Virus record (IMG/VR): IMGVR_UViG_3300014968_000012 | Coordinates: 1 to 64,000 of that record | Length of the DNA: 64,000 nucleotides | Direction: 5' to 3' (one strand) | DNA from: a virus | Taxonomy: Duplodnaviria > Caudoviricetes | Shown here: positions 24,277-34,448 of the stretch, piece by piece | Numbering within the stretch: position 1 is the first letter of the stretch | Layout of the letters: every line of letters starts with the position of its first letter | Program-made: the position numbers and the translations under genes | Notes under the pieces: generated by a model | Told to the model about the DNA's origin: nothing | The model's input: the letters and a program-made list of their open reading frames with translations, nothing else | Database searches by the model: none

Positions 24277-27200
24277 TCCCCGCCCCGTTCACCGTCGGCG
24301 ACCCGTTCGCCGCGGCCCGCCTGCGCGCGACGGCCCACATCATCCGGTCCGAACGCGACCTCACCCGCAAGATCACGGCCGCGATGGACCGGTGGCTGGA
24401 AGGCGCCGTCAAGGCGATCTATGGCCGGCCCAACGCGCTGTCCCTGATCGCCGACGCCGGCGACGTGACCACCGGCACCGGCGCGGCCGGGGAGTCCCTG
24501 CCCAACCTGAATCTGTGGCCTGACCTGGGCTCGTGGCAAGTGATGATTGACACGGTCGTCCTGCCCGAGATCACGAAACTGTTCGGGGACGCGTTCATCA
24601 AGGCGACCCGCGAGGCGGACATTCAGGACGCCCCATACAGTCAGGCCTACATCGCGATTGTCCACGACCGGCTGAGCCGGAACCTGTGGCCGAACGACGT
24701 ATTCGACGACGTCCGCGAGGTGATCGGCGACGGCATCGCCGAAGGCCTGTCCATCGACAACATCACCAAGAATCTTCGGTCGGTCCTCCAGGTAGATCAC
24801 TACGCATGGGAGGCCCGCCGGATCGCGCGGACCGAGACCATGGGCGCCGTCAACGGCGGCCAGTGGAACGGCGCCAGCGCGTACGCCGAGCTCACCGGCG
24901 AGACGATGTTCAAACAGTGGTTTGCCACGATGGACACCCGCGTCCGGCTGGACCACTCCAGGGCCCACCAGCAAGTCGTCCCGATCCAGACGGACTTCGT
25001 CGTGGGCGGCTACATGATGGCCTATCCCGCCGCGCCCGACGGACCCGCCTCAGAGGTCTGCAACTGCCGCTGTGCCCTGTTGATCTTGGACGAGCAAGAG
25101 GCGTCCGCCTATATCGACGTCGGCGACTGGTCCGGCGACGACGGCGAACAGGGCCCGGACGAAAACCTCCAGGACATCCTCACCGAAGCCGGGGTGTCCG
25201 ACGCCGCTACCACCATCAGCCCGGATGATCTGGGGGTCTCCGTGACCGGCTCTACAGCCACGTTCGCAGGCAGCGCACCGACCATCGCGCCCGGCGCCCC
25301 GCCGGTCGTCCAGGCCCCCGGGGACACCGCCCCGGACGGCACGGACGGCCGCTACTGGTGGGGCATCCTGGCGCCGCTGGACACCGATTCCGCCGACGGC
25401 CGCGTGATCAGCGCCCCCGACGGCGGCGACCCGCGCACACGGCCGCTCCCCGTCCCGATCCTGTATCAGGACACGTTGGCCCCGGCCCACGACGGCGCGT
25501 TTCAGGTGGGCCTGATCCGGGCCGTGGGCGTCAAAAACGGCAACCTGTACGGCGCCGGCACGTTCGACATGGAGGACCCCCGCGCCGCCGGCATCGCGCG
25601 CAAGGTGAAGAGCGGCAACGCCGGCTGGATCTCCGTGGACCTGGACGACACCACCATGGAGTTCGAAGCCGCCGCCGACGGCGACGAGGAACGCGGCCGG
25701 GTCGTCGCATCGGACTGGCGCCTGATGTCCGCCACGCTCGTGAACCAGCCCGCCTTCCCCGAAGCGAAGATCCAGACAGGACGGCCCGGCGACTACTTCC
25801 CCGAGCTGGACAAGGCGCTGGACGATTCGGACATCGGGGCTCACTCGGCGTACGACCCCGAGACGTACCAGATGTGTACCGACCGGCGCTGCGAGCGGTG
25901 CACCACGTTCCTGTCCACGGTGTTCGGGCTCTGCGTGGACCAGGACTGTACGACGTGCAAGACCGGCGGGTGGCACGCCCCGCCCGCCACCGTCGCCGCG
26001 GCGACGCCCTGGCCGTTCACGTGCTGCGACAACTGCGTGGTCTGTGCCACCGGCCACGAGCATGTGTACGGCGGCCGGTTCGCGTGCTGCCAGGACGCCG
26101 ACTGTGAGATGTGCCCGGAGTACGGCGCCCCGTGCGACGACCCCGAGTGCGAATACTGCGGCAACCACACCGGCGCGGCCGCCGACGGCGACCAGGCGGC
26201 CGGCGCCGGCGCACACGCGAACCAGGACGGCCAGTGTGAACCGGACTGCGCGGACTGCGCGCTGGACGCGTACGCCTGCGACGACCCCGAGTGCGGCGAG
26301 TGCCGCGCCGTCGCCGCCGCGGTGGCGCTCGGGAAGACGGTCCCGCACAAGGGGTCCACCGGGCCGGCCAAGCCGTCCGGGAAGCGGCACGCCCACACCA
26401 GCAAGCACGGCAAGAACAAGGGGCGCCGCACGCTGTCCGTTCCGGCCACGTCCGTGCGCCGACCGACGAAGCCGGCCACGAAGCCCACGGCGCCAGCGAC
26501 GCGCACGGCCGCCCCCACCGCCGGCATGAGCATTCGAGAGGGGGGCGCGATGCGCTTCACCGTCCTTCACCCGGACACCGGTCTTCCGGTGGCGGACCGC
26601 AACGCCGCATGGGACTCGGGCGCGGCCGCCAAGCGCGTGGCCGACTACGCGCGCACGAACGGCGCCCTGGACCCGGCCAAGTACGGAAAGGCGTTCCTGT
26701 ACCGCGACGCCGGCGCCGACGCGGCCACCGCCGCGGCGTACAAGCTCGGATACGCGGACATCGTGAACGGCCGGCTGACCATCATCCCCAAGGGCGTGTT
26801 CGCCGTCGCCGGCGCACTCCAGGGCGCCAGGACGCCGCTTCAGGTCCCGTCCGCCGAGCGGGCCGGCCTGCGCTCGGCGGTGGAACGGCTGTACGGCCGC
26901 CTCGCCTCAGCGCTCAAGGACGACACGATCAAGGCGCCGTGGAAGGACGATGAGAAGACGGCGGCCCACGGCGCGGTCACGTTCGCCGCGCTGACCGCCG
27001 CCGGCGTGTTCGCCCCGCCCGTCGCCTGGTTCGATGACCCGCGCCTGGACGGCCCCACGGGGACGATCGTCACCGACGAGGGACGCACGTACGGCCACAT
27101 CGCCGCATGGGGCACGTGCCACACCGGCATCCCGGGCAAGTGCGTGAAGCCGCCGAAGTCCAAGAGCGGTTACGCGTACTTCCACCTCGGGCTCGTCCGC

Positions 27201-27857
27201 ACCGCTGAGGGTGAGGACGTCCCGGTGGGGACGCTCCACTTCGGCACCGACCACGCCGACACCCGCGCGTCGGTGAAACTCCACGACGCCCAGCGCCACT
27301 ACGCCGACACCGGGTGCGCCGCCGCCGTGGTCCGCGTCGGTGAGGACAAGCACGGGATTTGGTTCGCCGGCGCCGTGCTGCCCGGCCTGGACGATGCCGG
27401 CCTGGCCACGCTGCGGCACGCCCCGCTGTCCGGGGACTGGCGCCAGGTGGCCGGCGCGCTGGAGCTCGTCGGCGCGCTGTGCGTGAACCAGCCCGGCTTC
27501 CCGATCCCGCGCACCAAGTGGAGCACCGACGAGGGCCAACAGGTCTTCGCGCTGTGCGCCGCCGGCGCGATCCAGCCGGCCCCGGTCGGCGGTCAGTGCT
27601 CGTGCGACGTCTGCCCGGCCCCTGTGGACGACGAGGTCCCGGGCCCGGACGAGGCCCGCGCCGAGTTCGCCCGGCTCATGGCGCCCCTGGTCGCCGATGA
27701 GCTTCGGGGCGACGCCGCACGCGTCCGGGACGCCCGGGCAACGGCGGCGATGAACTCCCTCAGCGGCGGCCGCTCGGGGGCGGCCGCGCCCAGCGATTCC
27801 GGTACTCGGCGCGACCGTCTGGCGCGCGCCGCGGCAACCCTTCGAAAGGGGGTCTGA
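24273..27857 (+). CDS. MuF-like head morphogenesis and capsid maturation protease fusion
   Basis: ARRIARTET, KQW.AT.D.RVR..H and CNCRC (MuF). Then a protease-like domain, Cys-rich insert, AWDSGAA domain, and GHIAAWGTCH...SGDWR...VN.PGFP domain. Confidence 0.85.
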   Translation: MIPAPFTVGDPFAAARLRATAHIIRSERDLTRKITAAMDRWLEGAVKAIYGRPNALSLIADAGDVTTGTGAAGESLPNLNLWPDLGSWQVMIDTVVLPEITKLFGDAFIKATREADIQDAPYSQAYIAIVHDRLSRNLWPNDVFDDVREVIGDGIAEGLSIDNITKNLRSVLQVDHYAWEARRIARTETMGAVNGGQWNGASAYAELTGETMFKQWFATMDTRVRLDHSRAHQQVVPIQTDFVVGGYMMAYPAAPDGPASEVCNCRCALLILDEQEASAYIDVGDWSGDDGEQGPDENLQDILTEAGVSDAATTISPDDLGVSVTGSTATFAGSAPTIAPGAPPVVQAPGDTAPDGTDGRYWWGILAPLDTDSADGRVISAPDGGDPRTRPLPVPILYQDTLAPAHDGAFQVGLIRAVGVKNGNLYGAGTFDMEDPRAAGIARKVKSGNAGWISVDLDDTTMEFEAAADGDEERGRVVASDWRLMSATLVNQPAFPEAKIQTGRPGDYFPELDKALDDSDIGAHSAYDPETYQMCTDRRCERCTTFLSTVFGLCVDQDCTTCKTGGWHAPPATVAAATPWPFTCCDNCVVCATGHEHVYGGRFACCQDADCEMCPEYGAPCDDPECEYCGNHTGAAADGDQAAGAGAHANQDGQCEPDCADCALDAYACDDPECGECRAVAAAVALGKTVPHKGSTGPAKPSGKRHAHTSKHGKNKGRRTLSVPATSVRRPTKPATKPTAPATRTAAPTAGMSIREGGAMRFTVLHPDTGLPVADRNAAWDSGAAAKRVADYARTNGALDPAKYGKAFLYRDAGADAATAAAYKLGYADIVNGRLTIIPKGVFAVAGALQGARTPLQVPSAERAGLRSAVERLYGRLASALKDDTIKAPWKDDEKTAAHGAVTFAALTAAGVFAPPVAWFDDPRLDGPTGTIVTDEGRTYGHIAAWGTCHTGIPGKCVKPPKSKSGYAYFHLGLVRTAEGEDVPVGTLHFGTDHADTRASVKLHDAQRHYADTGCAAAVVRVGEDKHGIWFAGAVLPGLDDAGLATLRHAPLSGDWRQVAGALELVGALCVNQPGFPIPRTKWSTDEGQQVFALCAAGAIQPAPVGGQCSCDVCPAPVDDEVPGPDEARAEFARLMAPLVADELRGDAARVRDARATAAMNSLSGGRSGAAAPSDSGTRRDRLARAAATLRKGV

Positions 27858-27858
27858 C

Positions 27859-28089
27859 ATGGGGTGCTGTGGCTCGTCCAGCACGTCCCCGGGTCCGTCT
27901 CACGCCTCGTGGGCCACCTCGTCGTCCACCAGCGGCACGGTGGCCCTGAAATGGCGCGTGACCAAGCGGGACGGCTCAGTGTCCTGGTTCGCGGACCAAA
28001 TCCTTGCGTACGCCGAAGCCGGCGTCAGCGGGGGCGCCGTGGACTACGTGCCCGAGGGACAACCGACCGACACGGGGGTGAGCCCATAG
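27859..28089 (+). CDS. Small head-region protein (MGCCG...W.V...DG...F)
   Basis: GAAAGGGG RBS. Position between protease and capsid. Confidence 0.65.
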   Translation: MGCCGSSSTSPGPSHASWATSSSTSGTVALKWRVTKRDGSVSWFADQILAYAEAGVSGGAVDYVPEGQPTDTGVSP

Positions 28090-28177
28090 GCGCCGCGTGT
28101 GAGGCAGCAAACGGGGGGGCGGAAATCGAGAACCACGGACCCGGCGACCCGGGTCCCCGCCCGAAGGATCACACGGA

Positions 28178-29944
28178 ATGAACCTGCTTGAGGAACTGAT
28201 CCAGGCCCGCAACGGGGCTGAGTCGGAAGAGGCCCGGTTCTCGGCGATGGCCGACGTCCTGGCCGCTCATCCGGACGCGGACCTGGCGACCCTGATCAAC
28301 GAGGCGTCGGCGAACGGTGACGCGCTGTTCGCGCTCGGGGACGACATGTCCGACGACGACGTGGAGACGATCGAGGCCCTGGCCGACGTCCGCCAGGCCG
28401 CCGAGCGCCGCACGGACGAGCTCGCGACGCTGCGGGCGGCCCGTACGAAGCGCGCGGCTGAGGCTCTGGAGCGGGCCAAGGCCAAGCGCGCGGCGGCCGC
28501 TGAGGGTGGCGACGGCGGCGACGGCGGCGAGGGTGAGGAAGGCGACGGCGGCGAGGAAGGCGGCGAGGGTGACGGCCGCCGGCGTCGCAGTTCCAACGCC
28601 GTGGTGCGCGACCGGCGCGCCCAGCTCGGGCAGATCCGGTCGTACAACCCGGGCAACCGGAACGAGGCCCAGCGCGCCCGGCCGAATGAGGGGTTCTGGA
28701 CGATCGAGTCCAGCACCGGCGTGGACCTCGGGGACCTGTCCGGCCTGGCCGCGGCGGTCCAGCGGCGCATCGGCGGCCTGGAGCGCGCCGGCGTCGGCCG
28801 GACCGTGGAGGCGTCTATCGCGATGATCCGGCGCACGCTGCCGGAAGAGTACTTCGCGCAGGACGGCGGCAAGGAAGAGACCGTCACGCTGGCACAGCTT
28901 GACTCGATCAGGGACGAGCGGGCGGCGGCGCTGGTCGCGGCCGGCGGATGGTGTGCGCCCTCAGAGATCATTTATACGCTGTGCCCGACGGCCAGCATGG
29001 AAGGTCTTCTGGACCACCCGACGGTCATCGTCCGGCGCGGTGGTCTGCGCTGGCCGCAGACGCCGGATTTCTCGACTGTGTACGGGAATGTCGGGTTCAA
29101 CCAGTCGGAATCGCAGGCCGCGGCCGGGACCACGAAGACGTGCTACGACATCACGTGCCCCGGGTTCTCTGAGCAGCGGATGAACGCCATCGGGCTGTGC
29201 TTGAGGAGTGGAATCCTCACGGCTCAGGCGTACCCCGAGCTCGTGGAGTACTACGTGGAACAGAGCCTCGTGGCTCATGCCCACCAGGTGAACGCCTTCA
29301 AGCTCGCGCAGATGCAGAGCCTCGCCACGACGGTGCACTTCCAGCCGGTGTCCGGCACCCCGAACACCATCGGGTACGGCCCCGGCGCGTTCGCGTCCAT
29401 CCTGGGCTCCCTGGAGATCCAGGTGGAAGACCTGCGCGCGAAGTACAGGTGGGGCCTGAACGAGGTCCTGGAGTGCGTCGCGCCGACCTGGGCCGAGCCG
29501 CTGATCCGGTCGGACCTGTCCAAGCGCACGGGCGTGGACCTGGCGAACGTCACTGACGAGATGATCGCCGAGTACTTCGCCAACCGGTCCATGAACCTGA
29601 CCCTGGTCCGGGATTGGCAGGACGCTGCGACAACCTCCGGTGGCGCCGGCTTCGGCGGCACCACGCCGATGCTGGCGTACCCGGCGACGGTGGGCTTCCT
29701 GCTCTACCACCCGGACACGTACATCATCGGCCAGGCCGACGTCATCGACCTGTCGGCGATCTACGACAGCACGAACGTCCAGACGAACACCTTCACGCGG
29801 CTGTTCTCGGAGGAAGGCGTCCTGGTGGGGCGCCGGTGCTTCGAGCCGCGGTTCGTCCAGGTGGACACGTGCCCGACGGGTCTCACCGGCGGGTGGATCG
29901 CGCCGGCCACGTCCCTGCCGGTCCTCACCTGCCCGGCGGCGTAG
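28178..29944 (+). CDS. Major capsid protein with N-terminal scaffold-like domain
   Basis: Coiled-coil N-terminus, LVAAGGWCAPSE.IY motif, V.RGG..WP, HK97-like size. Confidence 0.85.
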   Translation: MNLLEELIQARNGAESEEARFSAMADVLAAHPDADLATLINEASANGDALFALGDDMSDDDVETIEALADVRQAAERRTDELATLRAARTKRAAEALERAKAKRAAAAEGGDGGDGGEGEEGDGGEEGGEGDGRRRRSSNAVVRDRRAQLGQIRSYNPGNRNEAQRARPNEGFWTIESSTGVDLGDLSGLAAAVQRRIGGLERAGVGRTVEASIAMIRRTLPEEYFAQDGGKEETVTLAQLDSIRDERAAALVAAGGWCAPSEIIYTLCPTASMEGLLDHPTVIVRRGGLRWPQTPDFSTVYGNVGFNQSESQAAAGTTKTCYDITCPGFSEQRMNAIGLCLRSGILTAQAYPELVEYYVEQSLVAHAHQVNAFKLAQMQSLATTVHFQPVSGTPNTIGYGPGAFASILGSLEIQVEDLRAKYRWGLNEVLECVAPTWAEPLIRSDLSKRTGVDLANVTDEMIAEYFANRSMNLTLVRDWQDAATTSGGAGFGGTTPMLAYPATVGFLLYHPDTYIIGQADVIDLSAIYDSTNVQTNTFTRLFSEEGVLVGRRCFEPRFVQVDTCPTGLTGGWIAPATSLPVLTCPAA

Positions 29945-30036
29945 CCCTCTCTCCCGCGCGGCCGCGATTCTCTGTCGCGGCCGCGCGGCCCCTGTATCAA
30001 AACCCTGGCAAACACTGAACTTGAAAGGCGCCGGCC

Positions 30037-31188
30037 GTGGTCGAAGCACAGGACTGGGTCAGCCCACCGAACTATCAGTTCAAGGGCTACGGGCTTTTCG
30101 CCGCGGCGACCGTGATCGAGCAAGAGCGGCCGTTCCTCGGGCAAATCGTCTGGGAGCAAGACGCGTGCACGATGTCCGACAACTGGGCGATCTGTGTCAA
30201 CCCGGGGGCGCCGGCGGCGAACACCGGCGTCGGAACGCTGACGTCGTCGCTCGGTTCAAGCTCGCCGACGGCGACGGTGGTCACCTTCACGATCACCGGA
30301 ATGCACCCGTCCGCCACGGTCCAGATCAACCCCGGCGACGGCCGGCCGCTCCCGGCGACGGTCACCACCGACGGGTCCGGGAACGCGACGCAGACGTACA
30401 CGTACGTGAATCCGGGCGTCTACAACGCGTCCGCGTCCACCACGGACGGCCCGCCCCCGACCAACATCACGTGGACGCAGGTCAACATCAATGCGTCCCT
30501 GATGCCGAAGATCATCCCGGGGCCGCAGTACGGCAACGCCCGGGGCTTCGCCGTCTACAACGGGATTCAGTGCAACAAGCTCGGGCTGACTGAGGAAGTC
30601 AAGCGCGCGCAACGGCGCCTGATGTGGACCGAAGAGCGCCAGGTGGAGTACTGCCTCATGTCGGGCCAGGGCGGGAACTTCCCCTACCTGGGCGGCTGGA
30701 ACGTCGGCGTGGCCGGCGGCGTCCAGGTGCTCGACCCCGGCGGCGGTTCGGTCCTGGGGTTCGTGGACGCGCTGGGGTGGCTGGAAGGGGAGCTGGGCGA
30801 GCAACTGGGGCCGCAGGGCATCATTCACGCCTCGCGGTACCTGGCGCCGACGTTCGCAGCGAACTGGCAAACACAGCTCACGTCCACCTCGGGCGCCAGC
30901 GCGCAGTCCAGGACCACGACGGCCGGGACCAAGACGGTTTTCGGGTCGGGCTATCCGGCCATCGGGCCGGACGGCAAGCCGGCGGCCGCCGGCACGTCGT
31001 GGCTGTACGCCACGGGCCCGATCGTGATCTACCGCTCCCCGGTCCAGACATACGAGGTGTTCGCCGGCACGTCCGCGACGCCGCGGAACACGGCCATCGT
31101 GCTGGCCGAGCGTCAGTACATGATCCAAGTGGACTGTCCGATTCTCGCCGTTCAGTGCAGCGTGCCGGCCCCTCCCCACCTGCCCTAA
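30037..31188 (+). CDS. Second capsid (pentamer-type) protein with inserted PKD-like domain
   Basis: YGLFAAA, F.VY.G..C, L...EER.VE, ALG.LE, G.IH, VFG.GY, W.YATG, NT..VLAER motifs. Confidence 0.65.
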   Translation: MVEAQDWVSPPNYQFKGYGLFAAATVIEQERPFLGQIVWEQDACTMSDNWAICVNPGAPAANTGVGTLTSSLGSSSPTATVVTFTITGMHPSATVQINPGDGRPLPATVTTDGSGNATQTYTYVNPGVYNASASTTDGPPPTNITWTQVNINASLMPKIIPGPQYGNARGFAVYNGIQCNKLGLTEEVKRAQRRLMWTEERQVEYCLMSGQGGNFPYLGGWNVGVAGGVQVLDPGGGSVLGFVDALGWLEGELGEQLGPQGIIHASRYLAPTFAANWQTQLTSTSGASAQSRTTTAGTKTVFGSGYPAIGPDGKPAAAGTSWLYATGPIVIYRSPVQTYEVFAGTSATPRNTAIVLAERQYMIQVDCPILAVQCSVPAPPHLP

Positions 31189-31198
31189 GGACAATCCC

Positions 31199-31807
31199 TT
31201 GACAATCATCGTGCCCAAGGATGCCGACGACTTCGACGCGCTGTTGAACCTCGCGCTGAACGCCGACTATCCGGACAAGCGCATTGAGTTGCGCACGCAC
31301 ACGCCGTTCACGTCGCTGGACGTCCCCGAGGGACTGGCCCGCGCGATGGGCTTCGTCCCCGCCGACGAGGCCGCCGCCGCGGCGCCGCCGGCGTCGCCCG
31401 AAGCCGTCGTCTCCCCCGAGCTCGGCGCCGACGACGACGGCCAGGCCGCCGAGCCCACGGCGCCGGCGACCCCGGACGACGAGGCGCCGGCCCCGGACGC
31501 GACGGCCGCTCAGGTCGAAGCAACGGCCGACGTCCCCACCGACGACGCCCCGGCCCCGGCGCCGGCCGACGTGCCCGCCGACGCGCGGGCGACCGACGCC
31601 GCCGAGCCGACGGCCCCGGAGACCACCGACGCCGCCGAGCCGGCGCCGGCCACGGAAGCCCCCACCGCCGCCGAGCCCGCCACCGCTGAGGAGATCGCGC
31701 CCGACGCGGCCGCCGACGCGGACGACGAGCCGGCCGCCGCCAGTGAGCCGACCCCGAGCCGCAGGAGCGGCCGGGGCGGCAAGTCCAAGGAAGGACGGGA
31801 CGTCTGA
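31199..31807 (+). CDS. Ala/Pro/Asp/Glu-rich head-region protein
   Basis: TAAGGA RBS. Short globular N-terminus followed by a low-complexity tail. Confidence 0.65.
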   Translation: MTIIVPKDADDFDALLNLALNADYPDKRIELRTHTPFTSLDVPEGLARAMGFVPADEAAAAAPPASPEAVVSPELGADDDGQAAEPTAPATPDDEAPAPDATAAQVEATADVPTDDAPAPAPADVPADARATDAAEPTAPETTDAAEPAPATEAPTAAEPATAEEIAPDAAADADDEPAAASEPTPSRRSGRGGKSKEGRDV

Positions 31808-33411
31808 TGGCGCCTCCCCAGTATTGCCCGTCGTACGCGTTCGGGCGCCGCCTGCGCGTCACGCGCCTGGACGGGTGCGGTAACCCCGTCGTCGGGCCGA
31901 AGTCGCAGGTTGTCACCCGCGCGTTCACGGAAGTCGCAATCAGCCCGAACATCCTCACCGGCGACGAGATCACGGTGAAGAACGCGGGGGGTGAGCTGTG
32001 CATCTCGGATAAGGCCCTTGATTCGATCAAGTGGCTGAACATCAAGATCACGATGTGTTCGCAGGACCCCGACCTGATCAGCATCCTGAACCCGACCTAC
32101 GCTCAGGAGACGGACGAGGCCGGGTCGGCGATCGGGTTCCGCATGGACACCTCGCAGACGTACGACGCCGCGTTCGCCGTGGAGCTCTGGACCGACGTCA
32201 CCGGCGTGAACCTCTGCTCTCTGTCCGGCGAGGCGCCCCCCGGCGCGCAGGTCGGGCAGTGGGGCTATCTGTTGTTACCTTTCTGTCAAGGCGGATCGCC
32301 CGGAGACCTCTCCGTTTCCAACAAGGAACTTCTGACCGTGTGGAACGGCCGCACCCTGCCCAACGCCCAATGGGGCGTCGGGCCGTGGCCGGTCCGGTAC
32401 GACATGACTCAGAGTCCTTGGTCGCCGCGTCCGCTGAGGACGCCGGTCGCCGGCACTCAGCCGCTCGTGTTCTTCCTCACCACGCTGGCGCCGCCTCAGG
32501 ACCAGTGCGGCGCCCAGCCGGTCCCGGCCACGGTGCTGCCCGCCCCGGCCGGCCTGGAGTTCCTGAGCGCGACCGGGACGACCCTGTCCGCCTCGTGGAA
32601 CCAGGTCCCCAGCGCGCTGAACTACACGATGACCGTCGTCCAGCACGGCACGACGACGCCCGTCTTCACGGCGACCGTCCCGCCGACGGCGCTCCAGGGC
32701 ACCGTCAGCGGCCTGACCGCCGCGACGACGTACGACGTGACGGTGACCGCCGACGGCGACGGCTCCACGCGCATCACGTCCGTCCCGTCGGCCGTGGTCC
32801 AGATGAGCACCCTTCCCCAGCTCGCCACGCCGACGGTGTCCAGCACGACGCCGGCGCCGACTCAGACGAGCTTCAACGTCTCTTTCCCGCCGGTCACGAA
32901 CGCCGTGTCCTACGTCGCCACGGCGGTGAAGAACGGGACCACGTCGCCGGTCTACACCGGCACCATCACGCCGGGGTCGCCGAACGTGGCGCACTTCAGC
33001 GGCGGCGGGATCGCCGGCGGCAACACGTACACCGTGTCCGTGGTGGCCAAGGGCGACAACATCAGCTATGCGGACTCGGCGGCGGGTACGCAGGCGATGA
33101 CCACCGCGGCGCTGATCGCTCTATCGTCGCCGTCCGGCCTGACGGTGCCGAGCGGCACCATCACGGCGACCGGGGCTCAAGCCTCGTGGACGGCCGTCGC
33201 CAACGCGAGCTCGTACACCGCGGCGACCACCGTCACGTCCGGCGGCGCGGCGGCCGGCACCACGACCGTGGGCCCGCCGAACACCGCCACCGCGGCGACG
33301 GTCACCGGGCTGACGACGGCGACCGGCTACACCATCAGCGTCACGGCCGTGGGTGACGGGATCACCTACGCCAACAGCACGCCGGCCACGCAGACGTTCA
33401 CCACGCACTAG
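31807..33411 (+). CDS. Major tail (tube) protein with three C-terminal FN3 domains
   Basis: LRVTRLD.CG.P, FAVELW, WGY.LLP and WG.GP core. Three repeats of SW..V..A..Y...Y.V.V.A.GD. Confidence 0.85.
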   Translation: MAPPQYCPSYAFGRRLRVTRLDGCGNPVVGPKSQVVTRAFTEVAISPNILTGDEITVKNAGGELCISDKALDSIKWLNIKITMCSQDPDLISILNPTYAQETDEAGSAIGFRMDTSQTYDAAFAVELWTDVTGVNLCSLSGEAPPGAQVGQWGYLLLPFCQGGSPGDLSVSNKELLTVWNGRTLPNAQWGVGPWPVRYDMTQSPWSPRPLRTPVAGTQPLVFFLTTLAPPQDQCGAQPVPATVLPAPAGLEFLSATGTTLSASWNQVPSALNYTMTVVQHGTTTPVFTATVPPTALQGTVSGLTAATTYDVTVTADGDGSTRITSVPSAVVQMSTLPQLATPTVSSTTPAPTQTSFNVSFPPVTNAVSYVATAVKNGTTSPVYTGTITPGSPNVAHFSGGGIAGGNTYTVSVVAKGDNISYADSAAGTQAMTTAALIALSSPSGLTVPSGTITATGAQASWTAVANASSYTAATTVTSGGAAAGTTTVGPPNTATAATVTGLTTATGYTISVTAVGDGITYANSTPATQTFTTH

Positions 33412-33477
33412 CGGGCCGTGGGCGGCCCCGGCGAGCGCGCCGGGGCCGTCGGCGCCGCCGAGCGTGCTCGCCGGTGC

Positions 33478-33500
33478 GGTGACAGGCCGGGCCTGTCACC
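33478..33500. repeat. Palindrome copy 3
   Basis: GGTGACAGG ccggg CCTGTCACC. Confidence 0.85.
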
Positions 33501-33635
33501 GGTTCGGGGCCGGACCAGCGCGCGCGGCGCCCCTCTTCTGGATCTTGAAGTGATCGTCCCGAAAACGTTTCATTACAAGATTGCACTGCACTGCATTGCA
33601 AATCTGAAATGAAATCCTTAGTAAGGGTTGAACCC

Positions 33636-34448
33636 ATGACGAACCCCTGTACATGGCCCGTCGATACCTCGTGCGTCCCGGACTTCGCCGCCATCCCGTC
33701 CGACCTGTGGAGCACGTGCGTGGAGGCCGCCACCGGCATGCTGTGGCGCCTGACCGGCCGCAAGTTCGGCACGTGCCCGCGCATCGTGCGCCCGTGCCGC
33801 CGGCTCTGCGCGTCGCTGGGCTGGGGCATGGGGTGGGGGCCGTGGTGGAACGGCTTCGGCGGCGGCTACTTCAATCCCGCGATCATCAATGGCGCGTGGA
33901 TCAACTTGGTGTGCGGCTCGTGCACCGACGACTGTTCGTGCACGTACGTCCAGGCGCTTGAGCTCCCCGCCCCGATCGACAGCATCACCGCGATTTGGCA
34001 GAACGGCGCCACGCTGGACCCGTCGGCGTACCGGGTCGTCAACAAGTCCACGGTCTACCGGACCGACGGCCAGGGGTGGCCCTACTGCCAGCGCCTTGAC
34101 CTCCCGCTGACCTCACCCGACACGCTGGGCGTGAGCTATCAGTGGGGTGAGCCGGTCCCGGCCGGCGGCGCGATGATGACCGCCGTCCTGGCCCGGGAGC
34201 TCGTCAACGCGTGCACCGCCGGCAAGTGCCGGCTACCCGGCCGCGTCACGAACGTGTCCCGCGACGGCGTGACCATGACGCTGGACCCGGAACTGTTCTA
34301 CAAACTGCGCATGACCGGGCTCCCCGAGGTAGACCAGTGGATCGCGTCGGTGAACCCGTACGGCAACGTCCGGCCGCCTTACATCCGCTTCCCCGGCGAC
34401 CGGCGCCCCAGCGTCCAGACCTTCCCCACCCCCGAGATCACGCCGTGA
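33636..34448 (+). CDS. Head-to-tail adaptor
   Basis: PC.WPVD..C, A...LW.LTGR.FG.C...VRPC, C.LP.RVT.VSR.GV, TG..EVD.WI..VNP motifs. Confidence 0.8.
   Translation: MTNPCTWPVDTSCVPDFAAIPSDLWSTCVEAATGMLWRLTGRKFGTCPRIVRPCRRLCASLGWGMGWGPWWNGFGGGYFNPAIINGAWINLVCGSCTDDCSCTYVQALELPAPIDSITAIWQNGATLDPSAYRVVNKSTVYRTDGQGWPYCQRLDLPLTSPDTLGVSYQWGEPVPAGGAMMTAVLARELVNACTAGKCRLPGRVTNVSRDGVTMTLDPELFYKLRMTGLPEVDQWIASVNPYGNVRPPYIRFPGDRRPSVQTFPTPEITP

Noticed and set aside
28495-28580. GGCGAC/GGCGAG repeats in the capsid gene
   Set aside because: They encode an acidic Gly/Glu/Asp linker of the scaffold-like domain.
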